Source of the DNA: Planctomycetota bacterium
GTDB taxonomy: Bacteria; Planctomycetota; UBA1135; UBA2386
Direction: 5' to 3'
NCBI GenBank assembly: GCA_965223545.1
Contig: OZ245006.1
Span: forward strand, 5,344,001-5,408,000
Length of the DNA: 64,000 bases
The position numbers and the translations under genes are program-made. The number at the start of each line of letters is the position of its first letter. The stretch's first letter is position 1. Below the pieces are notes generated by a model. The model saw only the letters and a program-made list of their open reading frames with translations, was not told the origin of the DNA and did not search any database. Of this stretch, positions 18,814-28,646 are shown piece by piece.

Positions 18814-20793
18814 TCAGCGGTCGCTGGTGTCGGTGCGGCGCAGCCAGACTGCCATCGAGCCGTCGTCACGGTTGCTCCACGCGAAGTACGGCACCAACTG
18901 GAGTTCGTGGGGCCTGCGCCCGTCCGCGGTGTCCTCGGCGGCGACGAGGCGGACGCGGGGCAAACCTCGCAGTGGTCCGTCGTCGATCTGGAAGATCTCG
19001 GCGTCTCTCGCGGCGGCGATCGGGTCGACCGAGAAGCGCTGCACCGCACCCCCGCCGTTGTCGACGGCCTCGGCGCAGAGCAGCAGTGGCCCGCGAGTGA
19101 ACGCGACGCGGCCGCGGTTGGCCTCGACCTCGGGAATGCTCTGATGGGCCACCACCGGCATCGGCAGCTGCAGCTCGATGTGATCACCGGCGCGCCACTC
19201 CCTGCGCAGGAACACGAAGCCGTTTTGCGGCGCGATGTCGACCGCCTCGCCGTTGACCGCGAGATGCGGCGGGGGCGCGCTGACGAGTGGCTCGTACAAG
19301 CGGCTCGGCAGGAAGCTCCGCCGTGCCCAGTGAGGGATGCGCACGGCGAGCTCGAACGCGACCGGCGTCTCTGGCGAGACGCGCAAGCTGATGCGGCCGT
19401 CGAACGGATAGGCCGTTTCCTGCGCCAGCTGCACCGCGGTGTCGCCGATGCGCAGCGTCGCGCGGTTGGCTGCATAGAGCAGGCAGTAGACCGTCGTGCC
19501 CCCGCGCGCGTAGCAGGATCCGGGTACTTGCGGCAACAGTCGGGCCAGATTGGAGGGACAGCACGCCGTGCCGAACCAGGCCGCGCGCATCGGGTGGCCG
19601 GCGTCGGCCTCGAGCGGATTGGGGTAGAAGAAGCTGGCGCCGTCGAGGCCGAGCCCGGCCAGGCAGTGGTTGAGCAGCGCGACCTCGGCGACGTCGACGT
19701 AGCGTGTCTCGGCGGTGGCGGTGAACATGCGCATGTTGAACAGCACGTTGCCGACGGCCGCGCAGGTCTCGAGATAGGCGCCCGCGTTCGGCAACACGCA
19801 GGGCGGACCGAAGCCTTCGATCCCGCCGACGGCGCCGAGACCACCGGAGATGTGCATCTTGCCGTCGACGAGATCGCGCCAAATCGCGTCGAGGGCGCGG
19901 GCGTAGTCGGTGCGGCCGGTGCACGCGACGACCTCCGCCATCGCGGCGTACATGTAGGTGGCGCGGACCGCGTGGCCAACGGCTTGCGTCTGCTGGACCA
20001 CCGGCAGGTGCTGCTGCGCATAGGTGGCGGCGTTGACGCCCTCGCCGTCCGGCCGAAACGTCACTCCGCGGATGTCGAGGAAGCGTTGGGCCAGCTGCAG
20101 GTAGCGCGGTTCGCCGGTGTGGTGATAGAGCTTCAAGAGCCCCAGCTCGATCTGCTGATGACCGGGCGCCTGCTGCACGGGAGCCCCGCCGTTGTAGGCG
20201 GGGTCGCCGTCGAAGAACACGCGCTCGACGTGCCGTGCGTTCTTCTCGGCGACGCGCAGCAGCCGATCGTCGCCGGTGGTGCGGGCGATGGCGACGGCGG
20301 CCTCGTACAGGTGGCCGACGTTGTAGAGCTCGTGGCTGTGCAGCACGTACGAGTACGGCCGCTCGCCCATCTCGCCGGCGCGGATCGAGCCGGTGATGTG
20401 CGGCACGTACAGGTAGCCGTCGTCCTGTTGGGCACGGGCGATCCAATCGATCGCCCGATCCATGCGGGCGCGGAGCTCGGGGTCGGGGCGGATGCGCAAC
20501 AGCAGGGCGCCGGCCTCGAGGACCTTGTACAGGTCGGAGGTGTTGTAGCGGTGTGGCTCGGGCAGCGGCCCGCCGCCGTTCTCGCGGAACTCGGCGCAGA
20601 GGCGCAATCGTTCGCGCGCTGCCCGCGTGTTCTCGAACGCATGTGGCAGCGTGCGCGCGGCGAGCTGCTCGGTCCGCGGCTGCCAGATGGGATCGGCCAA
20701 CTGCACGCTGTCGTACGGCAGGAGCTCGATCCGCGCCGGCGGCTGTGGACCGGCGCCCTGCAGCAGGCACGAGACGATCAGTGTCGCGATCAT
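18814..20793 (-). CDS. GH127 beta-L-arabinofuranosidase-like glycoside hydrolase
   Basis: SDLYKVLE, HELYNVGH, GHAVRA, ETCA and ACCP (Zn/Cys catalytic motifs of GH127). Confidence 0.93.
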   Translation of the reverse strand: MIATLIVSCLLQGAGPQPPARIELLPYDSVQLADPIWQPRTEQLAARTLPHAFENTRAARERLRLCAEFRENGGGPLPEPHRYNTSDLYKVLEAGALLLRIRPDPELRARMDRAIDWIARAQQDDGYLYVPHITGSIRAGEMGERPYSYVLHSHELYNVGHLYEAAVAIARTTGDDRLLRVAEKNARHVERVFFDGDPAYNGGAPVQQAPGHQQIELGLLKLYHHTGEPRYLQLAQRFLDIRGVTFRPDGEGVNAATYAQQHLPVVQQTQAVGHAVRATYMYAAMAEVVACTGRTDYARALDAIWRDLVDGKMHISGGLGAVGGIEGFGPPCVLPNAGAYLETCAAVGNVLFNMRMFTATAETRYVDVAEVALLNHCLAGLGLDGASFFYPNPLEADAGHPMRAAWFGTACCPSNLARLLPQVPGSCYARGGTTVYCLLYAANRATLRIGDTAVQLAQETAYPFDGRISLRVSPETPVAFELAVRIPHWARRSFLPSRLYEPLVSAPPPHLAVNGEAVDIAPQNGFVFLRREWRAGDHIELQLPMPVVAHQSIPEVEANRGRVAFTRGPLLLCAEAVDNGGGAVQRFSVDPIAAARDAEIFQIDDGPLRGLPRVRLVAAEDTADGRRPHELQLVPYFAWSNRDDGSMAVWLRRTDTSDR

Positions 20794-20848
20794 GGCGAGG
20801 CGGCAGCGGGAATCGATGCGGGTGAACGGCAGCCATTATGCTGCCGGA

Positions 20849-23137
20849 ATGCGAATGTCGCGCCGCAGTACGGCTCTCCGCGGACTTGGCGGTCTGCTCT
20901 GCGCGGCCGCCGCCGGTTGCGGCGCCGAGGGCGAGGCACCGCGTCCCGCGGGGGCCGGCGTGGCGGCGATCGGGCCGGGTGGCGGTCTGGATCTCTTGCT
21001 CGACGCGGAGTCGTGGACCTGGCGCCGCCGCGCTCTACACGTGGCCGACGAGGCGACGGTCGCGGCGCAGCAGCGGCGAGCCGTGCGGGTCTTCGACGAG
21101 GAGCTGCCGGTAGGCGGGTGGGTGCAGCTGACCCCGGCGTTGCTGGAACGTACGGGCCAGTCCGTCGAGGACGGCGCCGCGCTTTGGATCGCCGGCACGA
21201 GGAAGAAGATCGATTCGAGGCACGGGTTTGCCGCCGCCGCCGTCCGCGATCCCGGCCGTACACTGCGCCGTCGGGAGGACGCGGGTGCGCGTTGGCGCGC
21301 CGGTGAGTACGCCGTGTCGGCCTCGGGCGTGGGCGTGGCGCTGCCGGTCGGTGAGGTGCCGGGTACCGGCTTGCGCGTCGACTACCCGATCGCTCCCGTG
21401 GACCTGGCGGCGACGGTCGTCGATCTGCGCCGGCTACAGAGCGGCAGCCCGGAGGTTTGCGCGGTGACGATCGGTTCCGATCAGCGCCCGGCGCTGGTGC
21501 TGGCGACGCGCGCGATCGCCGAGCGCTCGCTGCGCCTGCCGGAGGGCGCGGTCCTCGAACTCGCGCTGTGCGTTCCGTCTCGGTTGGCGTCGAGCGACGG
21601 CTGGTTGCATCGGGATCCGGAGCCGCCCAACGGCCTGGGTCTGCGAGTTTGGTTCTCCACGGGCGATGGTCCGCGCCAGCTGTGTGCCGAGCACGAGATG
21701 GCGGCCGGCGCGGTCGATCGCTACGTCGACGTGCGGGTCGATCTCGGTGCGCGCGGTGGTCAGACCGGTGCTCTTGCCTTCGAGGTGTACGCACTCGATG
21801 CCGGTGCCGGGGTCCCGTCGCGCGGCGACCTGCTGTTCGTCGCCGGTGCTCGGGTGGCGAGTGCGACGGCAGCGGTGGGTGGCAGCGCGCTCGTCCTGCT
21901 CTTGGACACGCTGCGCGCGGATGCGCTCGGCTGCTATGGGCAGGAGCTCGCGATCAGCCCGTGGCTCGACGCGTTCGCGGCCAGCGGAGTGCGCTTCGCG
22001 CAGGCGCGCAGCTCGAGCTCGTGGACCCTGCCCGCGCACGCCTCGCTGTTCACCGCCATGCACCCGAGCGAGCACGGAGTGTGCGTGGCGACGGATCGGC
22101 TGGAGCGCGGCTTCACCACCTTGGCGGAGGTGCTGCGCGCCGCGGGGTGGCGCACCGCGGCGTTTACCGACGGTGGCTACGTGGCGCCGAGCTTCGGTTT
22201 GGGGCAGGGCTTTCAGCGGTTCGATTCGGGCGGCGGTGGGGTGCAGGGCGTGTTGGCCGAAGCCCGCGCTTGGATCGATGCGGGGACCGGGCCGTACTTC
22301 GCGTTCGTGCAGACCTACGAGGTGCACGATCCATACGACCCCCCCGAGGACCTGCGGCGGCGGTGGGTGGAGCCGTACGACGGCCCGTTGCCGGAGCGCG
22401 TGCACTTCCTCGACTTGGTGCGGCTCTTGGAGAGCGGCGAGGCGTCCGCCGCCGATGCGCGCTACGCGCACCAGCTGTACTTGGCCGAGGTGGCGTACAC
22501 CGACGGGGTCGTGGGGTCCCATCTGGATGCTCTGCGCGCGGCGCCGGGCGCCGATGACTTGCTGTTGGTGGTGGCCTCCGATCACGGTGAGGAGTTTCTC
22601 GAGCACGGTGGATTCGGGCATCGCGAGACCCTGTACGAAGAGCAGTTGTGGATCCCGCTCTTGCTACACCATCCGCAGCACTTCGCGTCCGGCGCCGTGG
22701 TCTCGGAACCCGTGCTTCTGCTGGATGTCGCGCCGACCGTGCTCGAAGTGCTGGGGGTGGCGGCGCCGGTCGAATGGAGTGGCATCTCGCTGACCCGGCC
22801 AGCGACGCCCCGCGCCCTGTTCTGGACGCTGGAGCACTCGATCCGGCCCGAGCTCACACCGTGTCAGAGCGTGATCTGGGGCACGCAGAAGTGGATCACG
22901 GCACCGGACGGGTTCCACCAGCCCTGGCGCGCGACCGCAGGCGGCGACGAGTTGTACGACCTCGACACCGATCCCGGCGAGCGCAGCGACCGCTGGCGCG
23001 CTGAGCACACCGACGACTGGCGCTCGCGGCTCGAAGCCATGCTGGCGCGATTCCCGGATCGGCGCACCGGGGAGGGTGGTGGAGAGGCGACGCCGAGTCC
23101 CGCCGAGGTCGAGCGGTTGAAGGGGCTGGGCTACTGA
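20849..23137 (+). CDS. Sulfatase-like alkaline phosphatase superfamily protein (lipoprotein-like leader)
   Basis: LLDTLRAD, SWTLPAHASLFT, HDPY, SDHGEEF, ELYDL..DPGE and LKGLGY terminus. Confidence 0.88.
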   Translation: MRMSRRSTALRGLGGLLCAAAAGCGAEGEAPRPAGAGVAAIGPGGGLDLLLDAESWTWRRRALHVADEATVAAQQRRAVRVFDEELPVGGWVQLTPALLERTGQSVEDGAALWIAGTRKKIDSRHGFAAAAVRDPGRTLRRREDAGARWRAGEYAVSASGVGVALPVGEVPGTGLRVDYPIAPVDLAATVVDLRRLQSGSPEVCAVTIGSDQRPALVLATRAIAERSLRLPEGAVLELALCVPSRLASSDGWLHRDPEPPNGLGLRVWFSTGDGPRQLCAEHEMAAGAVDRYVDVRVDLGARGGQTGALAFEVYALDAGAGVPSRGDLLFVAGARVASATAAVGGSALVLLLDTLRADALGCYGQELAISPWLDAFAASGVRFAQARSSSSWTLPAHASLFTAMHPSEHGVCVATDRLERGFTTLAEVLRAAGWRTAAFTDGGYVAPSFGLGQGFQRFDSGGGGVQGVLAEARAWIDAGTGPYFAFVQTYEVHDPYDPPEDLRRRWVEPYDGPLPERVHFLDLVRLLESGEASAADARYAHQLYLAEVAYTDGVVGSHLDALRAAPGADDLLLVVASDHGEEFLEHGGFGHRETLYEEQLWIPLLLHHPQHFASGAVVSEPVLLLDVAPTVLEVLGVAAPVEWSGISLTRPATPRALFWTLEHSIRPELTPCQSVIWGTQKWITAPDGFHQPWRATAGGDELYDLDTDPGERSDRWRAEHTDDWRSRLEAMLARFPDRRTGEGGGEATPSPAEVERLKGLGY

Positions 23138-23149
23138 TGCCGGCCAGCG

Positions 23150-24682
23150 TCAACGCCGCGCACTCAGGCTGTCGCGCACGCCTTCGACCGGACTGCCGTC
23201 GGCTGCGGTGAGCCGCGCTTTGAAGTGCGCGAAGTAGCCGGTGTTCTCCACCTTCAGCAACAGCAGGTTGGCGCCCGCGCGCAGCGACAACGGCACCCGC
23301 GTGTGGTCGTCGCCGCTGTAGTCGTGGTGGTGGGAACCGCCGCAAGGACGGCCGTCGAGGTAGGCGGCGAAGCCGTCGTCGCTGCCGACCCAGATTGCCG
23401 CGTCGGTGGCCGCGTCGGCATGCAAGTAGACCGCCGCATAGAACGCGCACCACGTGCCGCCGCCAGTCGTCAGCAGCAGGTCGACGTCGTCGCTGTCGGT
23501 GTCGTGCACGCGCCAGCGCTTGCCGCCGGCGCGTTGTCCGTCGCGCGGGCGGAGGCCGCGCAGGCTGAAGTGCGGGGTCTCCAGCATGTCGTCCTCGCCC
23601 GGTTTCGAGAGGTACGGCCCGGCGACGAGCCAGCGCCGCAAGAACGGCGCGGTCGGGTCCGGGACCGACCGTTTCGCCTGGGGCGCGGCCACCGCGTCTG
23701 CCGCGGCCGGACGCGTCCGGTCGCGCGGCGCGCTGAACACCGCGCGGCGCAAGAACAACACGGCGAAGGCGGTCTCCGCCAGCGCACCCCAGCTGCCGTT
23801 GGCTTGCTGCCGTTCGAGGAGGGCCTCGGCGCCCTCGCGGTACCAGTCGCGATCGCCGATGCGCGGCAGGCCGTACAGCTGCGCGTAGCGCATCATCCCC
23901 CACATGTAATAGTAGAAGTAGCCGCTGTGGTGGCCTTTGCCGTGCGGGTTGTGTGCGACGGTGAAGCGGTCGGTGCACCACTGCATGGCGGCGTCCGTCG
24001 CACGGCGCAGGGTAGCCGTCGGCCTGCCGCCGCGCGCGTCGGCAGCCAAGTGCAGTGCGATCAGCGCGGCGTGCGTCATCGATCCGGTCGACAGCACGTC
24101 GGGCAGGTTGCGATAGCGGAACGAGCCGTCCTCGTGCTGCAGCCGCAGCACTCCTTCGATCACCTCGCTCCACGTTGCACGCGGCACGCGTGCTCCGTGG
24201 CGTTGGCCGATGTGCAGCCCGAGCACTGCGAACTGCGTGTTGGAGAGGTCGGCCGGCGCGGCCGGGTAGCCCCACAGGCCGCTGCCGGCATCGAACCAGT
24301 CCAGCAGGCGCGCGGTCAGCGCTCGGATGGTGTCGCTGTGCTGCGGTCCGAGCGAGTCGAGGAACAGCAGTAGGCAGCCGGTTTCGTAGGTGCTGCGGAC
24401 GGCGAAATCGCGGCTGTGCAGGAACTCGAGTGCTTTCCGCACCGGAGCATCCTCGATCCGGTAGCCGGCGTGCACCAACGCGTAGCCGCAGAGCGCGGTG
24501 CGGCCGAGGGGGTGGCTGGCGTCGTCCCGCTGCCATGAGCCGTCGTCGGCCTGCTGCTCGATCAGCCACGCGCTGCTGCGCGCCAGCGCGTCATTCGCGC
24601 GCCGGGCCAGCGACGGAACTTCGCCGGCGCCCGCGGCTTGCGGGACCAGCAGGCAAAGCAGTCCGAAGCCCAACGCCGGCAT
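23150..24682 (-). CDS. Secreted prenyltransferase/squalene-oxidase-repeat (alpha/alpha toroid) protein with C-terminal beta-sandwich
   Basis: QQADDGSW, DLSNTQFAVLGL, QHEDGSFRY, QQANGSW repeats; C-terminal GSDDG...GANLLLLKV. Confidence 0.8.
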   Translation of the reverse strand: MPALGFGLLCLLVPQAAGAGEVPSLARRANDALARSSAWLIEQQADDGSWQRDDASHPLGRTALCGYALVHAGYRIEDAPVRKALEFLHSRDFAVRSTYETGCLLLFLDSLGPQHSDTIRALTARLLDWFDAGSGLWGYPAAPADLSNTQFAVLGLHIGQRHGARVPRATWSEVIEGVLRLQHEDGSFRYRNLPDVLSTGSMTHAALIALHLAADARGGRPTATLRRATDAAMQWCTDRFTVAHNPHGKGHHSGYFYYYMWGMMRYAQLYGLPRIGDRDWYREGAEALLERQQANGSWGALAETAFAVLFLRRAVFSAPRDRTRPAAADAVAAPQAKRSVPDPTAPFLRRWLVAGPYLSKPGEDDMLETPHFSLRGLRPRDGQRAGGKRWRVHDTDSDDVDLLLTTGGGTWCAFYAAVYLHADAATDAAIWVGSDDGFAAYLDGRPCGGSHHHDYSGDDHTRVPLSLRAGANLLLLKVENTGYFAHFKARLTAADGSPVEGVRDSLSARR

Positions 24683-24685
24683 GCG

Positions 24686-25696
24686 TCAGCGGCGATCGCC
24701 GTCGCCGCGCAGGCGGAACGCGGCGCGCAGCGGAAGGGGATGTCCATCGAAAGCCATGTGTTGCGGCGGCACGCCCATCCATTGCAAGACGGTCGGTGTC
24801 ACGTCGTAGAGGGTCGCCGCTTCGGTTGTCCAGACTTCGCCGCGAGCGTCGCCGCCGATCCAGAACGGCACCGTGTAGACCTGCGGGTCTGAGTTGTCAC
24901 CGTGCGAGGTCTGTCCGTCGGGGCCGCCATGGTCGGCGGTGACCAGTACCAACCAATCCTCCTCGTCGCGCGATGTTCGGGCGGCGACCGCGTCGAGGAT
25001 CGCGCCCACCAGCGCATCCGTGTTCTCGATCGCCGTCCGGTACTCGGCGGCGTCGTAGCCGTGCGCGTGGCCCGCCGCGTCGACTTGGCTCAGGTGAACG
25101 AACAACACGTCGGGGTTGGCGCCAGCGAAAGCGCCGGTGCCCGTCAAGGCGTCGACGACCGCTGCGGTGGTGCGGTCGTCGCGTGCCGCTGCCGGTGCCG
25201 AGCCGCCCGGACAGAAGTGGTGGTCGATGGCGCTTGCGCTCGCCTGCAGCACGGTGCCGGGGCCGATGCCAATGCCGGGCCAGGTGTGGAACACCGCGGT
25301 CTCCACGCCGGCGCCGCGCATCCGCAGGTGGCCGAACAACGAGCGCACGCTGCCGAGCGCCGCCGTGTCGTCGGCGATGGCGTGGCGGGCGTCGCCGTTT
25401 GCCTCGAGACCGGTGCGCGCCGGGCTCACGCCGGTCAGCAGCACGCCCCAGTTGGTGGCGCTGTCGCCGTTCCACGCGCGCTCGGCGGTCCACGCATTGG
25501 TGCCGGTGCGGGGGATGGCGCCGTTGGCGGTGATCGTGTCGAGCGCCGGAGTGGCGGCTTGGCCGGCTTGGTCGGCCCGCAGGCCGTCGATACCGATGAT
25601 CAGCGCTTTGCGCGCGCGCTGTGGCGTCGACGGCGGCGTCGCACAGGCGGCGAAGACGACGGGGAGGAGGGAGCAGACGGCGGCTCGGATTCGCAT
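24686..25696 (-). CDS. Alkaline phosphatase family protein (type I phosphodiesterase/NPP-like), lipoprotein
   Basis: IIGIDGLRAD, VDAAGH, VTADHGG, DVTPT; lipobox FAAC. Confidence 0.88.
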   Translation of the reverse strand: MRIRAAVCSLLPVVFAACATPPSTPQRARKALIIGIDGLRADQAGQAATPALDTITANGAIPRTGTNAWTAERAWNGDSATNWGVLLTGVSPARTGLEANGDARHAIADDTAALGSVRSLFGHLRMRGAGVETAVFHTWPGIGIGPGTVLQASASAIDHHFCPGGSAPAAARDDRTTAAVVDALTGTGAFAGANPDVLFVHLSQVDAAGHAHGYDAAEYRTAIENTDALVGAILDAVAARTSRDEEDWLVLVTADHGGPDGQTSHGDNSDPQVYTVPFWIGGDARGEVWTTEAATLYDVTPTVLQWMGVPPQHMAFDGHPLPLRAAFRLRGDGDRR

Positions 25697-25710
25697 GGCG
25701 GTCGGCCAAG

Positions 25711-26601
25711 CTACGCGTCCGGGGCCGCTGGCGCGACCCGTCGCGCCAGCGCGATCATGCCGGAGTCGAGCGATGGCAGCCACCGGCTCAGCGCGACCGT
25801 CAACGGCTTGCGGTTTGGCTTCAGCGAGCCGCGCAGCAGCAGCACCTCGAAGCCGTGACGGATCAGCGTGTGCCGCAATACGGTCGGCGTGAAGTAGAAG
25901 ATGTGGTGCTTGGTGTGGTAGTGGTTGCCTCGGCGCCGCGCGCGCAGGCCTGCGCGCGCGACCGTGGTCTTCAGCCGGTTGGCGACGGAACCGATGTTGG
26001 GCACTCCGACGAACAAGAGGCCGTCCGGCCGCAGCAGCCGGTGCGCCGCCTGCAAGTAGCTCCCCGGGTCGGTCAGGTGCTCCAAGACCTGGTCCATGAA
26101 CACCGCGTCGAACCAGCCGTCCGGCCGATCGAGCTGCTCGAGATCCCCGTCGTGCACCGGCACACCGAATCTGGCCTCCACCTCGGCCGTGGTGGCCGGG
26201 TCGATGTCGTACCCCTCCGGCGTCCAGCCCAGTTCTTGCGCCACGTCGAGCTCGAGCCCATCGCCGCAGCCAATCGACAGCAGGCGTCCGGGCGCGATGT
26301 GCTCCGCCAGCAGGGACAGCGATCGGCGCTTTGCCTCGCGGCGGACCGCCGGTTGGCGAAAGTGCGAGCCACCCTCGCGGTCCTGATCGTCGACGGAGAT
26401 GTAGCTGGAATAGAAGCGGTGCAGGTGGGCTTGGCTGTACTGCGGGTTCATCAGCAGCACGCGGCAATCGGCGCACCGACCGATCCGGCGACCGTGGTGG
26501 TCGTGGTCGTAGGGCTGCAGGCGGCCGTCGCACAAGGGGCAGTCGGCCAGCGGAGGATCGAAGTCGTCGCGCGGCGCCGGCCGAGGGGCCGCCGCGCTCA
26601 T
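25711..26601 (-). CDS. Class I SAM-dependent methyltransferase with N-terminal Zn-ribbon
   Basis: CPLC...CADC, LSIGCGDG, QVLEHLTDP, VGVPN. Confidence 0.9.
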   Translation of the reverse strand: MSAAAPRPAPRDDFDPPLADCPLCDGRLQPYDHDHHGRRIGRCADCRVLLMNPQYSQAHLHRFYSSYISVDDQDREGGSHFRQPAVRREAKRRSLSLLAEHIAPGRLLSIGCGDGLELDVAQELGWTPEGYDIDPATTAEVEARFGVPVHDGDLEQLDRPDGWFDAVFMDQVLEHLTDPGSYLQAAHRLLRPDGLLFVGVPNIGSVANRLKTTVARAGLRARRRGNHYHTKHHIFYFTPTVLRHTLIRHGFEVLLLRGSLKPNRKPLTVALSRWLPSLDSGMIALARRVAPAAPDA

Positions 26602-27320
26602 CCGTGGTCCTCGCGCTGGTCGAGGACGTGGCGGGTGAAGTAGTGGTGCTCGAAGTCCTGGCGCGGAATGATCGCGTCGCCGCGGCCGCCGGGCGTCAGG
26701 TCCAGCAGGTTCCACATCGGCCAGAAGGAGTCGACGTGCCGCGGGTGGCCGTTGTCCATCGGCCGGCGGAGCAGCTCGGATCCCCAAGTGTGGAACACGC
26801 CGTCTTCGGTCTTGGCGAAGACATTCATGATCGATGCCATCGCCGGGTCCTCGACTTCCGGGTGGCCGACGTAGTCGAGGATGTAGCTGCTGTCTCCCGC
26901 CGAGAACAACGGGATGGTCCAGCCACGGCGCTTTGCCCAAGCGGCCAGCTGCTCGGCGCCGGCGGCAGAGACCACCGCGATTGCCGAGTTTTGCTCGACG
27001 GCGTACCAGGCGACGTTCATCGCGTCGACGATCGAGGTGCACGATGGGCACGGCGCGTCCCACTTGGCGCCGAACATCATCGTGTACAGCAGCAACGTCT
27101 CGTGCTTGCCGAACAGGGTCGCGAACGGGACCTCGCGCACTGTCCCGCCATCGGACTGCTGGAACACGTAGTCATCGCCGAGCCGCCCGCCGAGCGGCAG
27201 CGCGCGGCGCTGTTCCGCCACGGCCTCGCCCTGCGCGCGGAGAGCCACCTCGCTGTCGAGCAGCGCGTCGCGTTGCGCGCGGTACTCGTCGGATTCGTTG
27301 GGGAAGCGGAACGCGGACAT
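26598..27320 (-). CDS. DUF899 family thioredoxin-like protein
   Basis: RRALP, CPSCTS, WNLLDLTPGGR motifs. Confidence 0.92.
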   Translation of the reverse strand: MSAFRFPNESDEYRAQRDALLDSEVALRAQGEAVAEQRRALPLGGRLGDDYVFQQSDGGTVREVPFATLFGKHETLLLYTMMFGAKWDAPCPSCTSIVDAMNVAWYAVEQNSAIAVVSAAGAEQLAAWAKRRGWTIPLFSAGDSSYILDYVGHPEVEDPAMASIMNVFAKTEDGVFHTWGSELLRRPMDNGHPRHVDSFWPMWNLLDLTPGGRGDAIIPRQDFEHHYFTRHVLDQREDHG

Positions 27321-27370
27321 GTCATGCTCCTCGATTCACGGGGGTCGAGACGCGGCGATGCGCGCGGCGA

Positions 27371-28630
27371 TTACTGCGCGATCCGCCGCAGCTCGTCGAG
27401 CAACCGCTCGACTTCGTCGAGAGTGTTGTAGTGCAGCAGTCCGGCGCGGACGACGCCCTGTTCGCGTCCGAGCACTTCGGCGAGGCGCATGGCGTAGCTG
27501 TGACCGGGCCAGACGAACACGCCGCGGTCGGCGAGTCGCTGGGCGACCTCCGGCGGGGAGACGTCTCTTGTGGTGACGCCGACCGTCGGCGTGCGCGCAC
27601 CGGCTTCGGCGGGATCGGCGAGGCCCCAGACCCGCCAGCCCGGCATCTCCTGCAAGCCGCTCAGCAGCCGCTCGCCGAGTGACCGCTCGTGCGCGGCAAT
27701 GGCCGCAAAGGCGGCCTCGAGCGCGGCACGGCGCGCGAGGTCTTCGCCGCTGACTTCGCGGCCGAGATCGGCGATGTATTCGATCGCCGCCGCCGTTCCG
27801 GCGATCGCCTCGTGGCTCTGGGTGCCGGTCATCCAGCGGTGCGGCGTGGCATCCGAGGCGGGGCGCACCTTGTGCACCGGGAGCGTCGCCATCCGCTGGC
27901 TGCGCCCCCACAGCACGCCGAGGTGGGGGCCGAAGAACTTGTACGGCGAGCACGCGACGTAGTCGCAGCCCCAGCCTTCGACGTCGATGGCGCGGTGCGG
28001 AGCGTAGTGCACGGCGTCGACGAAGACCTCGGCTCCGGCTGCCTTGGCCCGTTCGGTGAGGGTGGCGACCGGGTTGATCGTGCCGACGAGATTGCTCGCC
28101 GCGCCGAGGGCCACCAACCGGGGGTGCCCCTTCAGCGCGCGTTCGAACGAACCCTCGTCGAGGGTGCAGCGCTCGGCGTCGATGCCGACTTCGATCACCT
28201 CGGCGCCAGCGCTCGCCGCCGCCCGCGTCCAGGGCGTGATGTTGGCGTCGTGGTCCAGGCTGGTCACCACGATGCGGTCGCCCGCCTGCCACTCGCGCGC
28301 CAGTGATCGCGCCAGCGCGAACGTCAGCGTGGTCATGTTGGGGCCGAAGACGACGCCGTCGCGGTCGGTCGTGCCGAGGAAATCCGCACACGCCGTGCGC
28401 GTCGCGTCGAGCATGGCGTCGGTCTCGCGCGCGGTGGCGAATGCGCCGCCGGTGTTGGCGTTGGAGTGCAGCAGGTAGTCGCGGACCGCGTCGGCGACGA
28501 CACGCGGCACCTGACTGCCACCCGGGCCGTCACAGAACAGGGCGGGGCGGCCGTCGACGCGGCGGGCCAGTCCGGGAAAGCGGGCCCGGATCGAATCGAG
28601 AGGCAGGGAGCGGTGATGCACGGTGGTCAC
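27371..28630 (-). CDS. Cysteine desulfurase-like class V aminotransferase
   Basis: DGPGGSQVP, LDHDANI.PW, VDAVHYAPH, CSPYKFFGPH (PLP Lys), GLLHYNT. Confidence 0.93.
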   Translation of the reverse strand: MTTVHHRSLPLDSIRARFPGLARRVDGRPALFCDGPGGSQVPRVVADAVRDYLLHSNANTGGAFATARETDAMLDATRTACADFLGTTDRDGVVFGPNMTTLTFALARSLAREWQAGDRIVVTSLDHDANITPWTRAAASAGAEVIEVGIDAERCTLDEGSFERALKGHPRLVALGAASNLVGTINPVATLTERAKAAGAEVFVDAVHYAPHRAIDVEGWGCDYVACSPYKFFGPHLGVLWGRSQRMATLPVHKVRPASDATPHRWMTGTQSHEAIAGTAAAIEYIADLGREVSGEDLARRAALEAAFAAIAAHERSLGERLLSGLQEMPGWRVWGLADPAEAGARTPTVGVTTRDVSPPEVAQRLADRGVFVWPGHSYAMRLAEVLGREQGVVRAGLLHYNTLDEVERLLDELRRIAQ

Positions 28631-28646
28631 GCGCGCGGATCATAGC

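Noticed and set aside
23150..24682. Squalene-hopene cyclase
   Set aside because: It has QW-like repeats but no DxDD motif in the toroid domain, is too short and carries a signal peptide.
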